Source of the DNA: Chloroflexota bacterium
GTDB taxonomy: Bacteria; Chloroflexota; Anaerolineae; Promineifilales; Promineifilaceae
Assembly (NCBI GenBank): GCA_035444285.1
Contig: DAOMOK010000025.1
Coordinates: 7,506 to 71,505 of the forward strand
Length of the DNA: 64,000 nt
Direction of reading: 5' to 3'
The notes below the pieces were generated by a model. That model was given only the letters and a program-made list of their open reading frames with translations. It was not told the origin of the DNA and searched no databases. Position 1 is the first letter of the stretch, and each line of letters opens with the position of its first letter. Position numbers and translations under genes: made by a program. Below are positions 9,286 to 18,802 of the stretch, piece after piece.

Positions 9286-10200
9286 CTATTGGGATTCGTA
9301 ACCATTTTCCAGCGGCGGCAGTGATTGCAGGTACAAAAAGATGGCTCTCAGCTCGTCGTCCGTTTGCCTTTGCATGTGGGCCAGCGCATTGGTCATCGGC
9401 TCGCACAGAGCGTGTCCGTCTGGCGTGATGCCGGTGCGGATGGTCTGGATGAACTCTTCCTCCGACCAGCCGGCCAGTTGTCCGCCTGGGGTCAAATTAC
9501 GGGCTGGCGAATGGTCGAGGCCAGCTGCGGTAGGCTGACCATTCAGTTCCTCGCCGTGACAACTACGGCAATGACCAATATCTACCAGGTATTGGCCATA
9601 TGCGGCCGTGACGCCCGGCGCAACGGCCGTTCGATTGGAAACCGTGTGGTCAATCAGCGCGGCGGGCACAACAACTGGCTCTATTATTACCATCGCATAC
9701 CCTAACGGCCCCAGGCGCTGCTCCGGCACCTCGTTGTCCACCGGCTCCAGCGATTGAAGATAAGCCAGCATCGCGCCCAGGTCTTCGTCAGGCAGCGTAT
9801 GGTAGGTATTCGATGGCATCAACAAGAGGGATTTACCGTCTGTGCCTACGCCATGGCGGATAGCCCGCACCCAATCTTCTTCGCTGAAGTGGGTGCCGGC
9901 GCCCCCGGCTCCGGCCGTCAGGTTGGAGCCGTAAAAGGTTCCTATAGCGGGGTCATCTACCAGTAACATGCCGCCCAGGTTATCGCCATGACACTCCGTG
10001 CAGCCGGCAATGGCCCACACCAGAGGCTCGCCGCGGTCAATGGCCGCCTCATCGTCGGGAATGACTACGGCCGTAACCGGCACATCATAGCTCTGGTTAA
10101 TCTTTGAAGAGGCCGTAACATAACCAACAACAGCCGCTACTACAACCAGCCCCACCAGCCCGGCGAAGATGATGCCTATCCATTTCAATACTTTTTTCAT
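9286..10200 (-). CDS. Membrane-anchored dihaem c-type cytochrome
   Basis: N-terminal TM helix plus two CXXCH motifs (CTECH, CRSCH), each followed by a cytochrome c-like segment. Confidence 0.85.
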   Translation of the reverse strand: MKKVLKWIGIIFAGLVGLVVVAAVVGYVTASSKINQSYDVPVTAVVIPDDEAAIDRGEPLVWAIAGCTECHGDNLGGMLLVDDPAIGTFYGSNLTAGAGGAGTHFSEEDWVRAIRHGVGTDGKSLLLMPSNTYHTLPDEDLGAMLAYLQSLEPVDNEVPEQRLGPLGYAMVIIEPVVVPAALIDHTVSNRTAVAPGVTAAYGQYLVDIGHCRSCHGEELNGQPTAAGLDHSPARNLTPGGQLAGWSEEEFIQTIRTGITPDGHALCEPMTNALAHMQRQTDDELRAIFLYLQSLPPLENGYESQ

Positions 10201-10240
10201 CTTTCACCCTCGTTTGAGCCTGCCTTTTGCCTGGCAGGCC

Positions 10241-10447
10241 CTATTCTGGCTTCTCATTTTCGGTCTGGTCGGCAGGCTGGCCGGTTTGCTGCCGCAGAAA
10301 GCGGAACAACTCTTTCAGGGTGGCAAAGTTGGTACGCTCGCCGCTGTGCGGGCTTTCCAATGAGGCGCGCCAGATAGTTTTGTCTTTGTCTCCAGCCAGC
10401 CACAGTCGCAACAGATAAGATTGGTAGGCTGACGGCCGTTTGCTCAT
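10241..10447 (-). CDS. Small Trp-rich protein, unknown family (copy 1)
   Basis: 68 aa. YLLRLWLAGDKDKTIWRASLESPHSGERTNFATLKELFRFL aligns with the 69-aa ORF at 18799-19008. Divergent from the regulator at 10552. Confidence 0.55.
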   Translation of the reverse strand: MSKRPSAYQSYLLRLWLAGDKDKTIWRASLESPHSGERTNFATLKELFRFLRQQTGQPADQTENEKPE

Positions 10448-10536
10448 GCCTGCCAGCCTACCAAACAGGTCTCAGGAAAAACTCAGGAGGCTATCAGGCG
10501 AGAAAAAGTGAGTGTAAAAAACTCGCATCACCACGT

Positions 10537-10542
10537 TATAAT
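10537..10542 (+). promoter_or_regulatory. TATAAT -10 box 9 nt upstream of the regulator ATG (possible leaderless mRNA)
   Basis: cgtTATAATgagccaatcATG has no Shine-Dalgarno between the box and the ATG at 10552. Confidence 0.3.
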
Positions 10543-10551
10543 GAGCCAATC

Positions 10552-13500
10552 ATGACTCGCCTTTCCCTTTCTCTCCTGGGAAGCTGGCAGGCAACGCTAA
10601 ATGGAGAACCCATCACCGCTTTTGAATCGGATAAGGTTCGGGCTTTGCTGGCCTATCTGGCCGTGGAATCCGACCGGCCGCATCGCCGGGAAAGCCTGAC
10701 TGCATTGTTCTGGCCGGAACGGCCGGAGCGCAACGCCCGCCAAAATTTGAGCCAGGCATTGTTTAACCTGCGCCAGGCGATTGCAGACCGGGAGGCCAGG
10801 CCACCTTTCCTGCTCGTCTTACAACAGACAATCCAGTTCAACGGCGCAGCCGATTGCTGGCTCGACGTGACAACATTCGAGGAGCTGATAGCTGCTGCCA
10901 GACAACACAGGCATGAGGAACCGGCGCTCTGTGGCCCATGCTTGAAACGGTTAGAACGCGCCATTGCCCATTATCGGGGGGATTTCCTGGCCGGCTTTTC
11001 CCTGCCAGACAGCATCCCCTTTGACGAGTGGGCTTTACTCAAACGCGAACAGTTGCAGCGATTGGTTTTAGAAGCTCTGTTTACACTGACGGAGGCCTAC
11101 GAAGTTTACGGGACTGTTGACCTTGCACTGTCCTATGCCCGGCGGCTGGTGGAACTGGACCCCTGGCATGAAGAAGGGCAGCAACGTCTGCTGCGCCTGC
11201 TGGCGCTCAATGGCCTGCGGAATGAGGCGCTGACTCAGTATGAAAAGTTTCGCCAACTGCTCGGGCAAGAATTTGGCATCGAACCGGCGGCCAGGGCACA
11301 AACGCTGGCCGAAGCCATCCGTTCCGGAGAACTGGAAAAGGAAGCGGCAAGTCTCAGAATTGACAAACCACGTCAGAACCTTCCAGGGCAGCTAACATCC
11401 TTTATTGGTCGTGAGCCCGAGTTGGAAAGGATTAAGGAAAAGTTTGCGGATCAGGATTGCCGTCTGCTGACGCTGGTTGGCCCAGGCGGGATCGGCAAAA
11501 CCAGGCTGGCCGTGCAGGTTGCAGCCAGTCTGCTGGATCAGTACCTCCACGGGGTTTGGTTTGTGGACCTGTCGGCCAATACGGAGCCAGAGCAAGTGCT
11601 GGCAAGTGTGGCCAATACCCTCGGCATAAACGAAGTCGCCAGCGAGCCGCGCCTGAAGACCCTCCAGCGAGCTTTACGCCAGAAACAAATCTTTCTCTTG
11701 CTCGACAACTTTGAACATGTCATTGAAGCGGCGACTGACGTGAGTGAACTGCTGGCTGCTGCGCCAGGTCTCACCCTGATGGTGACCAGCCGGGAGGTAT
11801 TGCGCCTGGAAGGAGAACACGTTTATCTGGTGCTGCCGCTGGGGCTGCCTGAGGAGCAACGGCCGTTCCCGATGGCCGCCCTTTCCCAATATGAATCTGT
11901 GCGCCTTTTCCTGGACCGGGTGGGCGCCGTTAATCCGGCTTTTGCCCTGACGGAAGAGAATGCAACGGCCGTGGCCGAGATCTGCCTCCGCCTGGAAGGG
12001 TTGCCCCTGGCCATCGAGTTGGCCGCCGGGCGATCCCGGCTGTTTACCCCAGAGCAGTTGTTGGCGCAGCTCAAAAACCGACTGCGGACGCTGGTTGGTG
12101 GGTCGCGTAACCTGTCCCACCGGCAGCAGACGATCTGGAACACTATCGAATGGAGTTACCAGTTACTAGATGAGGGTGAAAGACTCCTTTTTGCCCGGCT
12201 GGGTGCCTTTGCGGGCGGCTGGACGTTGGAGGCAGCCGAATCGGTATGCGCCTCAAGTTTGCCCATGGATGTCCTCAGTGGTCTGGAATCCCTGCTGGAC
12301 AAGAGCCTCATCCGCCAAAGCAAGGCTGGAGCCGGTGGGCCACGTTTCACCATGCTGGAAACCATCCGCGAGTTTGCCGTCGAAAAACTCGTAGAAAGTG
12401 AGGAGCAGCCTGCCATACACCGCCGACATACCGCCTATTTTCTGGAGTGGATTCACCGAACACCGACATATTGGGGCAAATTGACACATCACATACAAGC
12501 GCCAGAGGTGGAAAATGTGCGTGCAATTATGCGCCGGGGGCTGACTTCAGGGGAATTGGCGGCGCCAGTGGAGCTTGTTTGCTGGATGGTCCGCCTATGG
12601 GAAGGGCGCGGCTATGCAGTGGAGATGGGTAACTGGCTGGAACTGGTTTTGGCCGATGAGAGCAGTAGAGTTAGCCTGCCCCTAAGGTTGTATGCGCTTG
12701 CTTTGCGCATCGCGGGTAATTTACAAGGTCTCTCAACATTGGATTTACAGAAAGCATACCGATATTATGAACAGAGCCTGATGATTTCCCGAGAAGAACA
12801 AGACCATCGGATGGCAGCAGCCGCTCTTTCCAACCTGGCCAATCTTGATGCCAGGCTGGGCAACTATTTGCTGGCCCGAACCCGCAATGAAGAGGCATTG
12901 GCCTTTTTGGAGAAATCTGGTCCGCTGAGTAAGAGTAACGTGCAGCCTGTGCGAATAGTCCTGGGGAATCTGGCGGAACAGCTGGCTGAAGAGGGGGCTT
13001 TTGAAGTGGCCTGGGTGCATGCTGAAAAAGCTTTGCAACTTGCCGAAGAATTGGAACACGAGGGTGGAGTTGCGATTGTGTTGGCCACCATGGGAATCAT
13101 TGCTATACGTCAGGAAAAGTATGAGCCGGCCCGTTTGTATTTAGAGCAAGCCCTGGCTACCTGGGATGAGCAACAAAACACCTATAGACGGACAGAGATA
13201 TGGGGATTGCTGGGAACGCTGGCTTTGAGAGAGCATAACCTGGCGGATGCGGAACAACTGTTGCTGCAAGCGCTCTATTCCTGTGCCGAGCAACAGGTGC
13301 GCGACTTAGTCCCAACTATCCTTGACCGGCTGGCGGAGCTTAGATTCACTCAGGGATATGCCATAGAGGCAGTTTGCATTTGTGCGGCTGTGGACGCTTT
13401 CTACAAACAGCACGGGTTGGTGCGTCCACCCGAGGAAATGCCAAATTACGAGCAGATTCTTGCCTCCGCTCGTCAACAGCTTGGCGAAGCAGCTTTTGCC

Positions 13501-13581
13501 TCTGCTTGGCAAGAAGGCAAGTCGTGGGAATTGTTCGATCTGGCCGACAACATAGTGGGCAAGCAAAGCGGGCGGACATGA
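10552..13581 (+). CDS. BTAD/SARP winged-helix + NB-ARC-type ATPase + TPR transcriptional regulator (STAND class)
   Basis: wHTH KVRALLAYLAVESDRPHRRESLTALFWPE. BTAD EEGQQRLLRLLALNGLRNEALTQYEKFRQLLGQEFGIEP. Walker A LVGPGGIGKTRLAV and Walker B FLLLDNFEH. About 400-aa TPR-like tail. Confidence 0.9.
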   Translation: MTRLSLSLLGSWQATLNGEPITAFESDKVRALLAYLAVESDRPHRRESLTALFWPERPERNARQNLSQALFNLRQAIADREARPPFLLVLQQTIQFNGAADCWLDVTTFEELIAAARQHRHEEPALCGPCLKRLERAIAHYRGDFLAGFSLPDSIPFDEWALLKREQLQRLVLEALFTLTEAYEVYGTVDLALSYARRLVELDPWHEEGQQRLLRLLALNGLRNEALTQYEKFRQLLGQEFGIEPAARAQTLAEAIRSGELEKEAASLRIDKPRQNLPGQLTSFIGREPELERIKEKFADQDCRLLTLVGPGGIGKTRLAVQVAASLLDQYLHGVWFVDLSANTEPEQVLASVANTLGINEVASEPRLKTLQRALRQKQIFLLLDNFEHVIEAATDVSELLAAAPGLTLMVTSREVLRLEGEHVYLVLPLGLPEEQRPFPMAALSQYESVRLFLDRVGAVNPAFALTEENATAVAEICLRLEGLPLAIELAAGRSRLFTPEQLLAQLKNRLRTLVGGSRNLSHRQQTIWNTIEWSYQLLDEGERLLFARLGAFAGGWTLEAAESVCASSLPMDVLSGLESLLDKSLIRQSKAGAGGPRFTMLETIREFAVEKLVESEEQPAIHRRHTAYFLEWIHRTPTYWGKLTHHIQAPEVENVRAIMRRGLTSGELAAPVELVCWMVRLWEGRGYAVEMGNWLELVLADESSRVSLPLRLYALALRIAGNLQGLSTLDLQKAYRYYEQSLMISREEQDHRMAAAALSNLANLDARLGNYLLARTRNEEALAFLEKSGPLSKSNVQPVRIVLGNLAEQLAEEGAFEVAWVHAEKALQLAEELEHEGGVAIVLATMGIIAIRQEKYEPARLYLEQALATWDEQQNTYRRTEIWGLLGTLALREHNLADAEQLLLQALYSCAEQQVRDLVPTILDRLAELRFTQGYAIEAVCICAAVDAFYKQHGLVRPPEEMPNYEQILASARQQLGEAAFASAWQEGKSWELFDLADNIVGKQSGRT

Positions 13582-13634
13582 GCATGACTCGCCTCGCCCT
13601 TTCTCTCCTGGGAAGCTGGCAAGTGAAGCTGTGA
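13578..13634 (+). pseudogene. Duplicated 5' end of a BTAD regulator gene, 18-codon stub
   Basis: MSMTRLALSLLGSWQVKL*. 36 of the first 38 nt from the ATG at 13584 are identical to 10552-10589. The stub overlaps the stop codon of the full-length gene. Confidence 0.6.
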
Positions 13635-13691
13635 CCCTCCCCGAAAAAGTGGATAACCAGTTAAGGCCAGGTATACTTTTTCGGGGGAGGG
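13635..13691. repeat. Long inverted repeat between convergent genes
   Basis: CCCTCCCCGAAAAAGT, a 24-nt loop, then ACTTTTTCGGGGGAGGG (16-bp arms, one extra G). Confidence 0.6.
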
Positions 13692-13819
13692 CGAAGGCAA
13701 CGGCGCGTCGAACAATGGACGAATGAGAGACATCGTTTCGGAGCGATTCAGCGGATAGCGCTTTCCCAAATCTCCATGTCAAAGACCATGTCTGTGTCCC
13801 ATTTCCGTTCCGATCCCGG

Positions 13820-16800
13820 TCAACCCCTGGCAACTACCGGCAGATACAGATCCATGGGCGCAAACTCATACGCCCCCATATCACAGCGCGCTTGCCCGTC
13901 CAGATCGCCATCCACCGGTCGGGCCACGCCTCGCTGGTCGGTTCCCGTCTGGCAGGCGCCGGCATCAATGGCCGGGCTGCCACCGCGCAGGGCTTGTGTG
14001 GGTGGCGCACCGTTGTCAGACAGCAAGGGTAGCAGGCGTGGATTCTGGCCGATGATGTTGCCCACTGTACTGCCACTAATCGTGCAATCGCTGACGTCGT
14101 CAACCAGGTTGTAGCCCTGAGAAGTAAAGCCGTAGCCACAATTGGGGCCGGCAACGGCCGCGCTATTCCCGGCCAGGATCGTGTTGCTGAGCGTAAATTC
14201 AGCCGGGCCGCCATTGAGACCGCCACCGCTGGCGGTGGCGTGGTTATGGCTGATGGTAACGTGGGTCAACATATTTGTACCGCCACCGCCAATGCCCCCG
14301 CCCGTACCAGCCTCATTCCCACTGATGGTGACGTTGGTGAGGGTTGCCGTTCCCTGGTTGTGCAGGCCGCCGCCGGAGCCGCCATTGCCCCGGTTGCCGA
14401 CAAGGGCGCTGTTGTTTACGGTCAGGTTGCCCTGATTCCAAATGCCGCCGCCGGATACAGCATCGTTGTGGCTGACAGTGACGCCATTAAGGATGAGCGT
14501 GCCGTTATTCAGGATGCCGCCGCCAGAACCGCCCGGTTCCTGGCCACGGGTGAGCGTCAACTGGTTGAGGGTGACGTTGGCGCCATTGTTGATGGTCAGG
14601 ACACGGCCGTTGCCCTGCCCGGCCAGAATCGTCTCCCCTTGCCCCAACCCGTTAATAGTCAGGTTGCCACTGATTACCATCGGCGCATCCAGCAGATAGG
14701 TCTGGTAGTTCAGGGCGATGGTCTGGTGGCCGGGCGTGGCATTGGCCTGCTCGATGGCTGCCCGCAGGCTGCAAACGCCGTCGGCCGTCTGGCATTGGTT
14801 GTCGTTGGGATCGGCGTCCGGCATATCGGCGATGGTGGTGACGATGAAGTCGGCCGGGGCGACGACGGTTGTCAGGACAAACCCACCCTGTGTCTCGGCC
14901 TGGTTGGCCTGCGCCAGCCGGAAGGAAGCCTCGGTTTCCAACCGGTCACCCGGCTGTAGCCCGGCGCTGAGTGTGGTGTGTATCTGGATCACGGCCGTAT
15001 CCCCCACCGGCAGCGCGTTCATCTGGCAGGTCACAATGCCCGCCGCCTGAGTGCAGCTTCCATCACTGCTGCTGGCCGATCCATAGTTTAGCCGCACATC
15101 CAGGGTGGCGCTGACCACCAGGTTGGTGGCCGTCAGCCCGCCGCCGACTGCCGGCGGGTTGTTGGTCAGCGACAGGGTGTGGGCCAGTGGTTGGTCGCTG
15201 GCTACCGGGTTGGACGAGGCGGTCACATCCAGCAGCAAGTCGGTCATCATCGCCACCGTCACCGGGATCGTTTTGCAGGCCGTCTGGGAAACGGCCGTTG
15301 GTTGTTTGTTACCGTCACCGTCAATGACCACCTGGTCGGTGACACACATCTCAACGTTGAAACTGCCGTTTTGGGTGAAAATGTGTTCGGCCGTGACCGC
15401 GCCATAACCACCCACCCCCTGGCTCAGAATGGGGCCGGTGACCGTGCCATCTTCCAAAATGCGTCCTTCCGGCTCCACCGGACTGCCATCGCCCCAATTT
15501 ACCGTCACCATATGCTGGTCGGGAATATCCGGGTCGTAGAAATCCACCTTGAACATCGTCTTGAAACCCCGGCCAATCTGCATGTCGTCCAGGCTGACCA
15601 GGCGCGTCAGGTCCAAACCACCACCCAATCGGTAAGCAAAGTTCTGGTTCGCCTCCGGGAAACGGGGGGCGTCGTGGATGGGCGCAATGGTCACCGTCAC
15701 CGTTTCCGGCGTGGACAGGAAGTGGGTATCATGGGCGACAAAGGTGAAGGTATCCAGGCCGTGGAAATCCAGGTTTGGTGTGTAAGTACGGTTGGCGCCG
15801 CTGCCGCTAATTGTGCCATGCGCCGGCGGCGTATCAATGTGGAAGGTCAGTGTATCCAGCGGCTCGTCGGGGTCATAGCCGCTCAACACCACGGTTGTGG
15901 GCACATCCTCTACAGTGGCAAAGGCCAATCCACGGTCGGCCTGGGGCGGGCGAAAATTACGACTGACGGCGATTTGCACCGTCGCCGGGGCACTGTTGTC
16001 CAGCCCATCGGTCACGCCAAAGGTAAAGCTGTCGGTACCCACAAAGTTGTTGTCCGACTGGTAAACAATGCGGGCGCTGGTGGGCGAGAGGGGCGTCAGC
16101 GGCGTCGTCTCGAAGACGTGCAGCAGGTCGGTGTTCTCGTCCAGCACGTAGAAATTAGTGGAATTGACCGTCACCTGTTTGGGCTGGCCGAAATCGCCCA
16201 GGACAAAGCAGGAGCCGTCACATTCAGAGATGGCCTGCCCGGCGAAGTGGCCTTCAGGAGTAAAACGCTGCACACGCTGGTTAAAGTAATCGGTGACATA
16301 GAGAATGTCGTTACCATCCAGGGCGATACCGCGCGGGCTGGCGAATTGGCCGGGGCCGCTGCCCTCCGTTTGTCCGCCGCCATTGATACCACAGGTGGCG
16401 TCGGTGCAGCTAAAACCAAAACTGCGCTGGTGGGCAATGTCGCAGCCAGGGCCAAAGTCACATTTGCCCAGCCAGCCAATCAGTTCGCCGGGGGTGAAAT
16501 TACCATGAGCATCCAGCACCGCCGGCCCCCATTTGTAGATGCGGTTTGGGCCGTCCCAACTACCGTTTTTACCCGTTGAGGCATACAGATTGCCCGCCGA
16601 ATCGAGGGCCAGGTTAGTCAAGACCGCGTCGGGGTGAGAGTAATCGGCCAGCAGCGTCGGATCGTCGGGGCCGGTAGTGTCGTACAGATATAACTCGGCC
16701 ACACCGGAAGAGATATAGCCACTGGTGACGTAGAGAATGCCCTGCCCGTCAATGAGGGCGTGCCTTGGCTGGCCGAATTGCGGCGTGGCATCGTCCATGC

Positions 16801-18802
16801 GATGCTGGACAATCAGGTTCAAATCCATATCGTATTGGCGTACCCAACTGAAGGTGCCGCCGACATTATGGCTGGCGGTGAAAAGGGAACCCAGACGCCA
16901 ATCAATATAGATACCCTTCACGTCAAAGGAGGAGGAAACCTGGTCCCAGGTACCATCAGGCCGGAATACCGCCAGCCGGTAAGAGGGGTAAGGGACGCCA
17001 AAAGAATCGCACCAGACCATGCCCTGATCGTGGACGTAGACGACGCCGTCGTCGTTAACAGCCATGAAGGTGGCGTCAACCGGCCAGTTCGTGGGTATGT
17101 ATTGCTGCCGGTGGTCGGGGTCCTGGCAATATTCCAAAAAGGAAATATCTTGAAAGTTGGACAGGCGGTAATCCTGGATGAAATAGGGGTAGAGCGGGGC
17201 GTGGAAGAAGCCGTTGCCTGGTTGTTCTCTGATTTGGAACCAGAGCGGGTCATGATCGGGGTCTTGGGCGGTAAGGGTGAGGGTGATCGGTTCGTAGGCG
17301 ATGGCTTGCGGGATATTGCCGCCAGTCTGGTTATGGGCGGTGGGTGTGTGGTTGGTGCCGGGGGCTTTGATGTTGACCACCTGCACGGCCGTGGCACTGT
17401 TGTTGGCGCTGTCGGTGGCTGTCCAGGTCACGGCCGTTTGCCCTGCCGGAAAGCGAATTTCATCTCCGGTGCAAACAACCCCTGGCCGGCTGCATCCATT
17501 GTGGCTGACGGTTGGATTTAAGTCGGCCAGGTCAAAAACGGCCGGATGGCCCAGGTTAATGGTTGCTGGAATCGTCGCCGTCTCGGTCACAATCGGCGGC
17601 GGGGCCAAAATCGTAGGGGCCAGGGTGTCCACTACAGTCAGCGTTTGCGGCAAGGTGGCCGCATTGTAGCCCCCTTGCAAGTTGTGTGGGCCACGGTCGC
17701 GCACTTCCCAGGTGATGGTATAGCTCTCATTGACGTGGGCAAATTCTGGGGCGTTTGACGAACTCAGCCGGGGATAGGGGTCGCAGTTATCGCTGACGCT
17801 AATGGTACGCTGCAAAACCGGCAGGTAGGTGCGGCGCGAAACGCCACCCGGCTCGGTTGCCTCAATGGTGACGTTGGACATGGATGTGCCTATCGTTGGG
17901 GCTACAAAGTCGGTGACGACCACGTACTGCAATTCCTCGTTATAGATGCCATGCGGGTTGGGATGGGCGGCAACCAGGAAACGCAGCGTTTTGTCGCCTA
18001 AAAACCTGGTCACGGAGAGCGCCGTTCTGAGCCTCGCACGATCCTGCCCCAGACCGGGGATGTAAATGAAGACGTAATCCATGAAGTGGATTAACGTCTC
18101 GCCGCGCCAGACGACCGGGTTGACGCCGGTAGGAAAGGTGATCTGCGACCCGTTAAAGTGGCCGCCGTGTTGGGCAGAAACGTCCACGTCGGTACTCCAA
18201 TGAACCAGTTCCGGTGTGCCCAGCTCACCCCAATCGGTCCAGGGGAAGATTTCGCTGAAAGGGGAGGGGAAGCCGAAGAGGTTGCTGTATTTACCGCTCA
18301 TGGTGGTTTGAGCAAAGGTGGCCTGGCAGTTGGCGACATTGGTGACGGTGCGTGTAGGCGGGGGATTGAGGTAAGGAGCGCAATGTTTCAGCCCCAGGTT
18401 GGCCAGGTAGGCGGCAACCGAAGGGTTGAAGTCAAGGGGAGGCGGCAGGAAGGTGAGGGGGAAAGAAAGGTTGTAGGTTCCGCCCAAGGGGAGGATGCAG
18501 GCCAGGGCGGCGGTGTTGCTCCAGTCGCCCAGATCGTTGATGGCTTCGACGCTGAGGGGACCAGGATAGGCGTTGGCGGCCACGGCCGTGGCCGCCAACG
18601 GTTCTGCCATCTTCATTGTCCACAAATCCCAAACCGCCTCCTGTTCGCCGATGTGGATGAGGGGGGCAGCGGCGGTGGGTGTGGGTTCGGGCACGGCGGC
18701 CGTGGCTACGGCCGTTGTCGTTTCCATCTGTCCTTGCAGGTGCAGCGGTGTTATCAATAAGGCAGTCAGAAAGAGAATGAAAATAAAAAGTGCGCGTTTC
18801 AT
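13820..18802 (-). CDS. Giant secreted multidomain protein (HYR/Ig-like, NHL, cadherin-like, PKD, DUF11-like, C-terminal parallel beta-helix)
   Basis: Signal peptide MKRALFIFILFLTALLITPLHLQG. NHL repeat GIALDGNDILYVTDYFNQRVQRF. Cadherin/VCBS-like DTFTFVAHDTHFLSTPETVTVTI. PKD-like VNWGDGSP...HIFTQNGSFNV. C-terminal CSLRAAIEQAN plus GGG[IL].N.G.L repeats, ending DQRGVARP...CDMGAYEF. Confidence 0.9.
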   Translation of the reverse strand: MKRALFIFILFLTALLITPLHLQGQMETTTAVATAAVPEPTPTAAAPLIHIGEQEAVWDLWTMKMAEPLAATAVAANAYPGPLSVEAINDLGDWSNTAALACILPLGGTYNLSFPLTFLPPPLDFNPSVAAYLANLGLKHCAPYLNPPPTRTVTNVANCQATFAQTTMSGKYSNLFGFPSPFSEIFPWTDWGELGTPELVHWSTDVDVSAQHGGHFNGSQITFPTGVNPVVWRGETLIHFMDYVFIYIPGLGQDRARLRTALSVTRFLGDKTLRFLVAAHPNPHGIYNEELQYVVVTDFVAPTIGTSMSNVTIEATEPGGVSRRTYLPVLQRTISVSDNCDPYPRLSSSNAPEFAHVNESYTITWEVRDRGPHNLQGGYNAATLPQTLTVVDTLAPTILAPPPIVTETATIPATINLGHPAVFDLADLNPTVSHNGCSRPGVVCTGDEIRFPAGQTAVTWTATDSANNSATAVQVVNIKAPGTNHTPTAHNQTGGNIPQAIAYEPITLTLTAQDPDHDPLWFQIREQPGNGFFHAPLYPYFIQDYRLSNFQDISFLEYCQDPDHRQQYIPTNWPVDATFMAVNDDGVVYVHDQGMVWCDSFGVPYPSYRLAVFRPDGTWDQVSSSFDVKGIYIDWRLGSLFTASHNVGGTFSWVRQYDMDLNLIVQHRMDDATPQFGQPRHALIDGQGILYVTSGYISSGVAELYLYDTTGPDDPTLLADYSHPDAVLTNLALDSAGNLYASTGKNGSWDGPNRIYKWGPAVLDAHGNFTPGELIGWLGKCDFGPGCDIAHQRSFGFSCTDATCGINGGGQTEGSGPGQFASPRGIALDGNDILYVTDYFNQRVQRFTPEGHFAGQAISECDGSCFVLGDFGQPKQVTVNSTNFYVLDENTDLLHVFETTPLTPLSPTSARIVYQSDNNFVGTDSFTFGVTDGLDNSAPATVQIAVSRNFRPPQADRGLAFATVEDVPTTVVLSGYDPDEPLDTLTFHIDTPPAHGTISGSGANRTYTPNLDFHGLDTFTFVAHDTHFLSTPETVTVTIAPIHDAPRFPEANQNFAYRLGGGLDLTRLVSLDDMQIGRGFKTMFKVDFYDPDIPDQHMVTVNWGDGSPVEPEGRILEDGTVTGPILSQGVGGYGAVTAEHIFTQNGSFNVEMCVTDQVVIDGDGNKQPTAVSQTACKTIPVTVAMMTDLLLDVTASSNPVASDQPLAHTLSLTNNPPAVGGGLTATNLVVSATLDVRLNYGSASSSDGSCTQAAGIVTCQMNALPVGDTAVIQIHTTLSAGLQPGDRLETEASFRLAQANQAETQGGFVLTTVVAPADFIVTTIADMPDADPNDNQCQTADGVCSLRAAIEQANATPGHQTIALNYQTYLLDAPMVISGNLTINGLGQGETILAGQGNGRVLTINNGANVTLNQLTLTRGQEPGGSGGGILNNGTLILNGVTVSHNDAVSGGGIWNQGNLTVNNSALVGNRGNGGSGGGLHNQGTATLTNVTISGNEAGTGGGIGGGGTNMLTHVTISHNHATASGGGLNGGPAEFTLSNTILAGNSAAVAGPNCGYGFTSQGYNLVDDVSDCTISGSTVGNIIGQNPRLLPLLSDNGAPPTQALRGGSPAIDAGACQTGTDQRGVARPVDGDLDGQARCDMGAYEFAPMDLYLPVVARG

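Noticed and set aside
15179-16579. Long ORFs antisense to clearly coding genes. Examples are 855-1478, 8043-8777, 14240-14959, 15179-16579, 16760-17521, 30687-31469, 32930-33787, 45375-45896, 49355-49999 and 55349-56059.
   Set aside because: They are Arg/Gly/Pro/His-rich low-complexity translations lying opposite genes with strong motif support. These are typical shadow ORFs of GC-rich DNA, with no RBS or recognisable motifs.
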